A stretch of 64,000 nucleotides of DNA from the sequence record MT811961.1. The stretch is one strand, 5' to 3'. The notes under the pieces are model-generated. The model searched no databases. It was not told where the DNA came from and saw only the letters and a program-made list of their open reading frames with translations. The position numbers and the translations under genes were made by a program. Shown one piece after another: positions 26,658-35,332 of the stretch. Positions within the stretch are counted from its first letter, which is position 1; every line of letters begins with the position of its first letter.

Positions 26658-28534
26658 GATGATTTAATCTCCACGACATGCTGTGAAACAAAGCGACGTT
26701 TCTTCCTAAGCGGAATCGTACGTACAAGGACCGTCACAGAAGCTTTGTGTAGCGATACAGCCGTCTTAGGCTTCATCAATACAGTAACGGACTGTTTGTG
26801 TACTCGGTTAACCAGAGACGGACGCAGTACAGCATAAGCAGACTGCTTAAGTACGTTAGGGCCAGTCTTAGGCTTCAGTACCGCATAACCAGATTGCTTA
26901 AGAATATTTGGACCTGACTTAGGTTTCAATACCGCATAAGCTGTCTGTTTCAATACCTTCAGTTCTTCAGCCTTCACCAATACTGCTTCTGAAACCATAT
27001 GCTTGATTGCCGGACCTGGGTCAGGTTTCAAGACTGCTTCCGAAACAATATGTTTTACAGCTGGGCCTGGATCTGGTTTTAGTACGGCTTCCGATACAAG
27101 ATGGTTAACGTATGGACCAGCAGGTTTAGCTTCCAGTACAACCGAGATCGTTTGCTTCTGAAGTTTTAGTTCGGGTGGCAAAGGTTCCAATACTACGGAA
27201 ACGGTTTGCTTCTGGAGTTTCAGATTGGCTGGTTTAGGTTGAACAACAACCGAGACAGCTTGCTTCTGAAGTGTGACTTCGGGTGGTGGTGGCTTGATAA
27301 CAACCGATACTGCTTGCTTCTGCAATGTTGCTTTTGCCAAGACAGGTGTAAGTATCGCCTCGCGCATCAAGTGATGAACATGAGGACCAGCATCAGGTGC
27401 CAGTATTGTTTCACGCATCAAGTGATGTACGTGTGGACCATTCGTCTGTACTACCTCTGTAACACTTAGACCTTCGAAATTGATTTCGTATTGTGTATCA
27501 ACTGTAACGATCTTGTCATCATGGACAATGTGTTCGTCAGTACCTAAGTGGAAGCCACCTTGGTAATTGATCACAGAAGGATCTGGGTCGTTGGTCCATT
27601 CATGAGCAGTGCCATCGCCATAGCGAATGCGGTTTTCTGTTTGCGTCCAATTGCTACCAGCATTAGTAATACCAGCTACAGTAAGGTCGTCAGACGGTAC
27701 AGTACCACGGAAAGCATAGTGTAGCGCTGTCACAGTACCAAAACCGGACACACCATCCCAGGATGAACCACTCCAGGTCTTCTCGGTATATGGGGCCACA
27801 GCTCGACGATAACGTAAGTTACTGAAAGCGTCATACTGGATGTACAAAGCACGTTGACTGTTGTCGTTTCTGTCTGTCCAAGCAGAGCCATCATAAACAC
27901 GAATCGAACCATCTGCTTTAGTAATGGCAATTTCAGTATCGCCTGTACCAGCAATACAGTCTACAGTAGAAACATCTTCGCCATTGGTTACGTCGGTCCA
28001 AACATCATCACGTGTAACACGATAGATCTTATTGCCAGCAGAATCAACCACAAGGGCACTGTCTGACGTTGCATCAATACCAAGTGCACTAATGGCACTG
28101 ATGCCAGGATCATTGGCCATCTGTACCCAGGCGTTTTGTTCATAAACATAAAGACTGGTATTAGCCGACATCCAGATGTTACGTGAGCCAGCAGTTGCAT
28201 GCTCAATGCCAGTGGTTGGCACTGCAATACTAGAATCAACCCAGACGTTTGTACCGCCTGTTTGATTGGCCACCAAACCAACTACTTCCCCTGTTGTACC
28301 TGCCACAGTTATTGTTTTCGTAACTGTTGACGTGGTACTAGTCAGGCCAGTAAACTCAAGTGTGTCGTAAGTAAGACCAAAATCAAGGTTCTTAACTTCC
28401 ACGTTAATTGACGTGGCACCCGTGGTAGTGGCACCTAAAGTAATCTCTAAGTCTACTGGTCCGTCTTTTTGAAAGACATGCAGTATGGCAATTGTACCTG
28501 AATCACCAAGAATTTCTGGTGTTGTTGTACTCAT
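26654..28534 (-). CDS. Putative scaffold protein: N-terminal beta-sandwich/propeller plus a C-terminal array of 16-18-aa repeats
   Basis: Trp-spaced propeller-like blades in the middle; about 15 tandem repeats from residue 366 to the end; AAGGAG SD. Confidence 0.7.
   Translation of the reverse strand: MSTTTPEILGDSGTIAILHVFQKDGPVDLEITLGATTTGATSINVEVKNLDFGLTYDTLEFTGLTSTTSTVTKTITVAGTTGEVVGLVANQTGGTNVWVDSSIAVPTTGIEHATAGSRNIWMSANTSLYVYEQNAWVQMANDPGISAISALGIDATSDSALVVDSAGNKIYRVTRDDVWTDVTNGEDVSTVDCIAGTGDTEIAITKADGSIRVYDGSAWTDRNDNSQRALYIQYDAFSNLRYRRAVAPYTEKTWSGSSWDGVSGFGTVTALHYAFRGTVPSDDLTVAGITNAGSNWTQTENRIRYGDGTAHEWTNDPDPSVINYQGGFHLGTDEHIVHDDKIVTVDTQYEINFEGLSVTEVVQTNGPHVHHLMRETILAPDAGPHVHHLMREAILTPVLAKATLQKQAVSVVIKPPPPEVTLQKQAVSVVVQPKPANLKLQKQTVSVVLEPLPPELKLQKQTISVVLEAKPAGPYVNHLVSEAVLKPDPGPAVKHIVSEAVLKPDPGPAIKHMVSEAVLVKAEELKVLKQTAYAVLKPKSGPNILKQSGYAVLKPKTGPNVLKQSAYAVLRPSLVNRVHKQSVTVLMKPKTAVSLHKASVTVLVRTIPLRKKRRFVSQHVVEIKSS
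26660..27439 (-). repeat. Tandem coding repeats (about 51-54 nt, 16-18 aa)
   Basis: GPHVHHLMRExILxP x2; LQKQxVSVVxxP x4; GPxVxHxVSEAVL x3; LKQxxYAVLxP x3; HK(Q/A)SVTVL x2; terminal FVSQHVVEI. Confidence 0.9.
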
Positions 28535-28544
28535 GCGTTACTCC

Positions 28545-29822
28545 TTATAGTGCAACAAATGTCATTGCCATGTTGATGCCGGCGGAAATAACCATATTGT
28601 AGTTGGTATCATCCGTAGCGGCCACATAGCCGTTTCCATCCCATGTTACTTTGCCTTTGAACTCTTTAGATAAGTCGTCCAACCAAAGCCATAGGTAAAG
28701 ATCATCGGCCGTTCCGTATTTGACAGTATCGTCGCCTTTATTGAAAACTCGTACGGTACGTGCACCTGAGTCAACCTTGATACTCATCGTGGTGCCACCC
28801 GTCCAGTCTGCGCCGCCTGAGTCAAGACCATAACCTCCGCTTACTGCCGCAGAAGAGAAAGCTTGATAGTGTACATTCTCGACTGAAAGAGTAGAGGCAT
28901 TGATCACCGCAGGTGTCCAGACGGAACCATCGGTCGGGTTTACATCAGAAACAAACGTTGTTGGATTGTCTTCTGAGTCAGCAGTAACCGCAATAAAGCC
29001 AACGAAGTGGCGATTGCCATTCTCTTCCAAGATCTGTGCAAGATAAGGCGAATCAGTAGCACCAGACGTATCACTGATTGTAGAAAAGTTAACAGCCGCA
29101 ATATTCATATCGGTAGGTACAGCGGTAAAGTCAAACTTCGCAGTTGAGCCGACACCTGTGGAACTTACACCACCTTGGTCTGGAGCCAAAGTTTGCAGCT
29201 CAGCAATATCACCAGCAAAACCATTCAGAACCATAGAAGCAGGTGCTTCTGATTGGATACGCCAACCACGAGTGTCTGTTGTTGAAATAACACCCTCGGT
29301 GAGGTTCAGGTTAGTCGGAATTGCAAATGTGCAACTCAATAGGTTACAGTCAGCAGGCCATGCGAAATCGCCAGATGCGATCTGTGTACCATCTGCGAAA
29401 AGACGCCAACCATCAGTCTTCTTAAACTCGATATCGATGTCGATCCATTTATTAAGATCGAATGGAGTAAAGGTAACTGTTGAGCCAGAGCCACCACCAA
29501 TACTTGCGCCGTAACAAGAGCCACGCTGTAAGTTAATGGACATGCGCTTAGTCTTTGTTTCATCCCAGTAGAAGATACGCAGACCAGCGTCGCCAGTCCA
29601 CTTGAGACGAGTGTGTTGCCACATACCTTCGTCAGTAGAACAGTGAGCTTGTTGGAAGTACACACGGGCATCACTAGCACTTGACCAGTCGTTTAATGCC
29701 CAGTTAGTCATCGTATCCTCTGCGGATACATCTACCACTTTTTGACGAACCGAATCTGGTCCGAACGAATCGCCAGCAGGAATCGTGATTGAACCCGGAC
29801 TAATTGTTGCTAGAATAGTCAT
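28545..29822 (-). CDS. Paralog 6 of the tandem lectin/ConA-like putative receptor-binding family
   Basis: LTEGVISTTDTRGWRIQSEAPA and VNPTDGSVWTPAVINA core motifs. Confidence 0.7.
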   Translation of the reverse strand: MTILATISPGSITIPAGDSFGPDSVRQKVVDVSAEDTMTNWALNDWSSASDARVYFQQAHCSTDEGMWQHTRLKWTGDAGLRIFYWDETKTKRMSINLQRGSCYGASIGGGSGSTVTFTPFDLNKWIDIDIEFKKTDGWRLFADGTQIASGDFAWPADCNLLSCTFAIPTNLNLTEGVISTTDTRGWRIQSEAPASMVLNGFAGDIAELQTLAPDQGGVSSTGVGSTAKFDFTAVPTDMNIAAVNFSTISDTSGATDSPYLAQILEENGNRHFVGFIAVTADSEDNPTTFVSDVNPTDGSVWTPAVINASTLSVENVHYQAFSSAAVSGGYGLDSGGADWTGGTTMSIKVDSGARTVRVFNKGDDTVKYGTADDLYLWLWLDDLSKEFKGKVTWDGNGYVAATDDTNYNMVISAGINMAMTFVAL

Positions 29823-29834
29823 TTGTTTTCCCCA

Positions 29835-29872
29835 AAAAGGAGAGGGAGGATTACTCCCTCAGTTAAACTTAA
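29835..29872 (-). repeat. Intergenic repeat copy 1 (37/38 nt identical to 31183..31220) with hairpin
   Basis: Plus strand AAAAGGAGAGGGAGGATTACTCCCTCAGTTAAACTTAA; GAGGGAG/CTCCCTC stem. Confidence 0.9.
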
Positions 29873-31170
29873 AGTGGCAGGATGTACATTTTCATCTGCA
29901 TACCGGAAGCAGATATTACATCAAAGTCATCACTGCTCAGTCCAGACTTGTAGCCACCCGTAGTATCATCCCATGTTAGGACGCGGTTAACGGTAGGTTG
30001 TCCTGCTACATCTCGGCGAGTGTAATAAACATGAATCTTGTCCGATGTGCCCCACTTACGATTGGTGTCGGCATCACAGAAGATCCACAGGTTACGTGCA
30101 CTATAAGCATGCTGTAGTTCAATAGCACCACCGCCATCCCATTCGCCGCCTTTGACAAATTGAGCCGCACCACCAGTACCATAGACACCACTTGTAATCT
30201 GCGCAGTGTTGAAGTAGTGTTCAACTGGGTTGATTACTGTGATCTCTCGTTCTGATAAATCAGCAGTCGACCAGTTGGAACCATCCGATGGTTTGGTCTC
30301 ATGCACAAACGAGTTAGGGACATTTTCACCATCACTGTCTGTACTATGCAAACCTAGCAGGTTGCCGTCTAAGATATAAGCAAGCATTGGTGATTCTGGA
30401 GTACCATTTGTTTCGGCGATGGTATTGATTGTATGACCAGCTACTTTGTAACCACCAGGGACAACAGGCATCTTGGCCACAAACTCTGCACCGGCACCGC
30501 CAGAACTCAAACCATCTTCGGTCAGACCAGGCGTTTGAATGTTGACTACATCGCCACTAAACGTACTAGAAACAAGCGAGGCTGGTACTTCTGAAGCGAC
30601 ACGCCAGTTTCGAGTATCTTCGTTGGCGACAACCATTTCTGTTATCTCGCCACCTTGGATTCGGAATTGGAAAGCACTGGAGTCAGTACCCAGTATGTAA
30701 CTTCCAGAGTAATCATGCTCCAAGCTACCGTTGATGTAAACCTTGCCAGAACCCATTTCTAAATCAAAATCAAACCAGTCAGAACCCTCGGCAGGGAATG
30801 TACCACTAAAGCTCTGGTTATTCTGCTGTGTCTGGTTTCGCGTATGCATCATAAACCATGGGGTAACCTGTAGCCCCCAGTAGTCTTTATAGGTAGAGGA
30901 ATAGCCGCTTGGCTGGCCATAAAACTCAACGCCTATCTCAAAAGAACTAACTGTGCGCTTGACGCGCGCATGGAACCACAACGTACTCGTTGGAGTGGAT
31001 TTCATTGATAAGCGACTATGTGCCTTAGAGTTACAATCTGGAAACTTCCAGTTTGTCATTGTGTCGTCGGCCGTAGCATCTACCGCAAGTGTACGAATGT
31101 CATTGGCTGAATAAGCTTGACCAGCAGTAACCGGCAGTGAAGCAGGGTTAACTGTTAAAAGAATTGACAT
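29869..31170 (-). CDS. Paralog 5 of the tandem family
   Basis: ITEMVVANEDTRNWRVASEVPA and ETKPSDGSNWSTADL. Confidence 0.7.
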   Translation of the reverse strand: MSILLTVNPASLPVTAGQAYSANDIRTLAVDATADDTMTNWKFPDCNSKAHSRLSMKSTPTSTLWFHARVKRTVSSFEIGVEFYGQPSGYSSTYKDYWGLQVTPWFMMHTRNQTQQNNQSFSGTFPAEGSDWFDFDLEMGSGKVYINGSLEHDYSGSYILGTDSSAFQFRIQGGEITEMVVANEDTRNWRVASEVPASLVSSTFSGDVVNIQTPGLTEDGLSSGGAGAEFVAKMPVVPGGYKVAGHTINTIAETNGTPESPMLAYILDGNLLGLHSTDSDGENVPNSFVHETKPSDGSNWSTADLSEREITVINPVEHYFNTAQITSGVYGTGGAAQFVKGGEWDGGGAIELQHAYSARNLWIFCDADTNRKWGTSDKIHVYYTRRDVAGQPTVNRVLTWDDTTGGYKSGLSSDDFDVISASGMQMKMYILPL

Positions 31171-31182
31171 TTTGTTTTCTCC

Positions 31183-31220
31183 AAAAGGAGAGGGAGGTTT
31201 ACTCCCTCAGTTAAACTTAA
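31183..31220 (-). repeat. Intergenic repeat copy 2 with hairpin
   Basis: Plus strand AAAAGGAGAGGGAGGTTTACTCCCTCAGTTAAACTTAA. Confidence 0.9.
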
Positions 31221-32539
31221 GCTGCTCGGACAAAAATCCAAAGACCAGTTGTAGCGTTAGCTGACATCATGGAACGAACCTTTGCTGCTTCTGGATCGCC
31301 ATTGGTCGTTTCCCAGTATTCGCGGTCACCGATAGTACCACCATTGCGCTTCGCTTTGAAAGAGAAGATCTCGTCTGTATCGGCACCCTTGATGAGCACC
31401 ACGATGTTGTCACCCCATGCACCGACGGTTTCTGTGGTGGCCTGAATCACTACTTTGTCGCTTTGTTCGTAAAAGTATTCGAACTGAGTATAGCCGGCAG
31501 CCGGTTTCTTGTCGTAGGCTTCTGAGAAGCCAGAAGCTTTCTTGATGCCATACAATGAACCACTTGCACCAAAGTCACGAATACGCATGTCCCACAAGAA
31601 AGACTCTGCACCAAACTCAAGAGCATCGATTTCCGCCATTGTCCAAGCATTGCCTGTCAGTGGGTTAACTTCCATAATGTCTAATTGCGGAGCTAGAGCA
31701 CCGTCGGCATCAGGGGCAGATGCATTTGGACCGTAGCCAACATCCGTGCCATTCGTAACCATGTGGCGGAATATAGGAGCAGCAGGATTACCAGCAGTGT
31801 TAACAACAGAGCCAAGTACCAATGAATGAACTTGTAGTCCAGCGGCGTTTGCATCTGTACTAAAGTCAGAGTATTGGAAAGACTGTTTCATTGGACCATC
31901 AGCGCTTACAGAGTCCGCAGTAAGGTCTTCAGTGTTAATGCTATCTACAATACCACCAAACTCATCGAAGCTACCGGCTGCTTCTGGATCTAGCTTGGCT
32001 AGTCGCCAACCACGAGTATCTTCGTCAGCAATGATTACTTCACTCACGTCTGGTTGGTGTGTCACCAGTGCAATGCTATTAAACGTTGCATTGACGATCG
32101 AGAAAGTAGTATCATGAATTTGGTTTCCGTCCACGTAGAATGCCACGCGGTTATTGTAGAAATGGACGTCTATGTCCGCAACTGCCGCAGTCTGTGCTGG
32201 TGCACTTGCCGTACCGCCGCCAGGCTGCTGGGTATTAAGGAAGAATTGATCTCCACCACCAGAACCGATACGCAGTTTGTACGTACCGTCATTGGCAACC
32301 AAACTAAACTGTGCCGTTGCATTGAGTGAAGCACCGTTATTGGCATAGCGGAAGTGGATCCAAATATCTTTAGGAACATTTTCAGCAAACTTAACTGTTT
32401 GACCTGATTCAAATTCTACTTTGTCAAAAGAACCAGGTAGGTTAGATGCCTCTAGGCGTGTACGTGGGTCACCAGAACCCAGGTAGTCAGCAGAAGCAAC
32501 GATAGGTGTAACATCACCTAGGATAGCTAAAACAGCCAT
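31217..32539 (-). CDS. Paralog 4 of the tandem family
   Basis: VSEVIIADEDTRGWRLAKLDPEA and EVNPLTGNAWTMAEIDALEFG. Confidence 0.7.
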   Translation of the reverse strand: MAVLAILGDVTPIVASADYLGSGDPRTRLEASNLPGSFDKVEFESGQTVKFAENVPKDIWIHFRYANNGASLNATAQFSLVANDGTYKLRIGSGGGDQFFLNTQQPGGGTASAPAQTAAVADIDVHFYNNRVAFYVDGNQIHDTTFSIVNATFNSIALVTHQPDVSEVIIADEDTRGWRLAKLDPEAAGSFDEFGGIVDSINTEDLTADSVSADGPMKQSFQYSDFSTDANAAGLQVHSLVLGSVVNTAGNPAAPIFRHMVTNGTDVGYGPNASAPDADGALAPQLDIMEVNPLTGNAWTMAEIDALEFGAESFLWDMRIRDFGASGSLYGIKKASGFSEAYDKKPAAGYTQFEYFYEQSDKVVIQATTETVGAWGDNIVVLIKGADTDEIFSFKAKRNGGTIGDREYWETTNGDPEAAKVRSMMSANATTGLWIFVRAA

Positions 32540-32551
32540 AAATTAAATCTC

Positions 32552-33949
32552 CTAATAACCTTCAATCATTACTTCAAGAACTTGGCCTGCGCGATCTTTC
32601 AGCCATGAGTAGAAATAGCCGCCGTCACGACGATAGTCCTTGGCTGTATTATTCCAAGGAATCTGTTCGGTCTGGATATTTCCATCTGTCTCGCGGAAAT
32701 GCAATCGAACGCCATTTGGACCATGAGCCCACTTGCGGCCATCGTTGGTTTTAAAAATACCACGACCGTAGTTGTTTTGCCATTCCACTGATTCAATGAA
32801 TCCACCCGGAATACCATTCTCGTCGTACCATGTACCGCCAGAAATAAGATTGTTCAAGGTAGTACTATCTTTGCGGTAACCTTGGTAGTTGTTATTGCTA
32901 TTGGCAGTAGTGAAGGTAATGTGTGGAATGAAGTCTACATCCGCAACTGTTCCAGCAAACTCTACGCCCGCTTCCAGTGTATTTACTTCGGCTACTGTCC
33001 ATGCCTTGCCTGTCTTAGGATTGACTTCATGGAAAGCACTCAGAGCACGACCAGGGGACGTAGCAGTGATCTGCTTAGGCGCGAGTTCTTTGTGAACCTC
33101 GCCATCCGTCTTGATTGTCATCTGGGCATATTCTAGTTCAGATGCAGCCGACTTGCTTACCAATGCTTTCACATCGATCGCGCGAATACTGAGGTCAGAA
33201 TTAGAGGCAAAGGTGTTGTGTACATCAGTAAGACTGAAAAGATTCGCACCAGCTACTTCTGTTTCCATAGCTGCTTCATCCAGGCCGATCTCAGTAATGT
33301 CTGAGATATCGCCGCTCATATTGCCCGATGCCAAAGCGTCCGGCGTCAGAGTCAATAGACGCATACCTAGTGTAGGCTCGTCTTCCGTGATGATCAGTTC
33401 ACTAATTGGAATCGTACTGCCGCCATCAATCCAGACATAGAGCATTTTATAACTAGACTTGGCACTGTTACTCGTACCTGTCTTAATTAGAGCACCGTTA
33501 CAATATACTTCGAAGTAGCCCGTATTCGAATCAACATGTAGGTCGATTTCGGTTTGTGCAGCTTTGTCGTATTTGCCTGTTTCGTAACAGTATTCGCCAG
33601 CTGCCTGACACTGAATACGGCCATCGCTATAACCAACCGTGATTACTGTATTCGTATTGGAGCTTGGTGACGATGGGTGTTCTCCGATCTGTAACTTCAC
33701 ATAACGCGAGGTATCATTGCGTTGATTGAAACGAAAATGCACCCAGTATTTCTTGGTGTCACCTGGAGGAGGACTGACTTGAAATGGACTGAAGTTATAG
33801 TTCGGTCTTGGGGTTGCACGACGGTTTGCTTCTGGATCAAATGCGTCCGTATTCGTATCAACTTGTACACGAACGTCACTGCTAGTAAAGTAATAGTTAG
33901 GATCCGTTACCGTACCAGACAGTTCATTCTGCATAAATAAAATTGCCAT
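32552..33949 (-). CDS. Paralog 3 of the tandem family
   Basis: ISELIITEDEPTLGMRLLTLTPDA and EVNPKTGKAWTVAEVNTLEAG. Confidence 0.7.
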   Translation of the reverse strand: MAILFMQNELSGTVTDPNYYFTSSDVRVQVDTNTDAFDPEANRRATPRPNYNFSPFQVSPPPGDTKKYWVHFRFNQRNDTSRYVKLQIGEHPSSPSSNTNTVITVGYSDGRIQCQAAGEYCYETGKYDKAAQTEIDLHVDSNTGYFEVYCNGALIKTGTSNSAKSSYKMLYVWIDGGSTIPISELIITEDEPTLGMRLLTLTPDALASGNMSGDISDITEIGLDEAAMETEVAGANLFSLTDVHNTFASNSDLSIRAIDVKALVSKSAASELEYAQMTIKTDGEVHKELAPKQITATSPGRALSAFHEVNPKTGKAWTVAEVNTLEAGVEFAGTVADVDFIPHITFTTANSNNNYQGYRKDSTTLNNLISGGTWYDENGIPGGFIESVEWQNNYGRGIFKTNDGRKWAHGPNGVRLHFRETDGNIQTEQIPWNNTAKDYRRDGGYFYSWLKDRAGQVLEVMIEGY

Positions 33950-33963
33950 TATGGGCTCCTGTG

Positions 33964-35322
33964 TTATTCTACGTAAACGCTTACTGCTTTACCGGCACGG
34001 GCATGGAACCAGTTAACCAAGGTAGCGTCAGTAACTCGATAGTCACCCGAGTACGGAAATACTTTCGTAGTCTCTGCGCCGTCTTCGTCAACAAAGCGGA
34101 AAGTAATAGAATCCTTACCGTCTACTTTGTTGCCGCCGCCAGTACCAAATGCCGCGACAACACGGCCGTCGCTCTTATCGCCATAAAGAAAATAAGGACG
34201 ATCATGACCAGTTCTGTCTGTACTCGTAATCGAAGCAACTAAATCGCCGGTAGGTACGCCGTAAGCATAGTAACCAGCAATATTTGTATCATCATAACGA
34301 ACATCAAAACGAAGGACGAATAGTGGCGGTGTTTCTAAATTCACGCCAAACTCAGCAGCTTTGATTTCTGCTTCTGTCCATGCTGCGCCCGTGTTAGGGT
34401 TTACTTCGTAGAGTTCATTTAAAGAACCTCGACCACTTACAGTGTCTAGTAAACGACCGACAACTGGGCTGTGTTCATCCGCATCCGTTTTCAAGACATT
34501 ACGCATATAGTTTTGTTCCATGCCAGCTTCAGCTGATGCGACACTAGACACAGCGACTGCTTTAATGTCGTATGTACTAAAGTCGATTGCAGCATCCGGA
34601 TCAGTATAAGCAAACGTGTGTTTACCTGCCCCCGTAGACGTCACGCCGTCTGGGTTAAGTGACAATTCACTAACCGTACTCACATCGCCAGTAAAGTCAG
34701 TATGTGTGCCGTTTGCTTCTGGAACAAGAGAGATAACGCGCATGCCAATGGTGATTTCACCTTCGGTAACGATTACTTCTGAAGCACTGCGTCCAGCAGA
34801 TACTTTACGAATCTGAACAGAATCCCAAAGACTTGGTTTGAAACTAGAAACAATTGCCGAAGTACCAGAGGCTTCATTAACGCCATTGACATAAAAAGCA
34901 AAAGCGCCAGTGTCTGTATTCAGCATTACGTCTACGTGGTGGTTTCCATCTGCGACTGCTTTAGCGCCGATCTCTGTGCCACTCAGGTTCTTAATGCGAA
35001 CCTCGCCTGAACCACCTTCAATACGAAAGCCCTCTGCATTCGGAACACCGTCATAGCCAAAGTTGATGAGGCCATTGGAGTACCCATTCTGAACGTAGAT
35101 CATGGCATGGATCCACAGAACCGTAGCGTCACTCGATGCACCCGTCATCTTCATGCTGGCATATGCAAAGTTTCGGCTCTCTACTTCTACGCGACCACGA
35201 GAAAACACCGGGTCAAAGCCATCGCCCGTAGCTACCAAGCCACGACGCGGGTCACGTGCTGTGGTTTCGTCGTTTACAGAAACTTCACCATTGGCTTCGT
35301 TTTGAATAAATAAGAAAGTCAT
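33964..35322 (-). CDS. Paralog 2 of the tandem family
   Basis: ASEVIVTEGEITIGMRVISLVPEA and EVNPNTGAAWTEAEIKAAEFG. Confidence 0.7.
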   Translation of the reverse strand: MTFLFIQNEANGEVSVNDETTARDPRRGLVATGDGFDPVFSRGRVEVESRNFAYASMKMTGASSDATVLWIHAMIYVQNGYSNGLINFGYDGVPNAEGFRIEGGSGEVRIKNLSGTEIGAKAVADGNHHVDVMLNTDTGAFAFYVNGVNEASGTSAIVSSFKPSLWDSVQIRKVSAGRSASEVIVTEGEITIGMRVISLVPEANGTHTDFTGDVSTVSELSLNPDGVTSTGAGKHTFAYTDPDAAIDFSTYDIKAVAVSSVASAEAGMEQNYMRNVLKTDADEHSPVVGRLLDTVSGRGSLNELYEVNPNTGAAWTEAEIKAAEFGVNLETPPLFVLRFDVRYDDTNIAGYYAYGVPTGDLVASITSTDRTGHDRPYFLYGDKSDGRVVAAFGTGGGNKVDGKDSITFRFVDEDGAETTKVFPYSGDYRVTDATLVNWFHARAGKAVSVYVE

Positions 35323-35332
35323 TTCTTACTCC

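Noticed and set aside
26660-27439. CRISPR-like periodic repeats
   Set aside because: The periodicity is in-frame protein-coding repeat with wobble-position variation; there is no invariant palindromic repeat with unique spacers and no cas genes.
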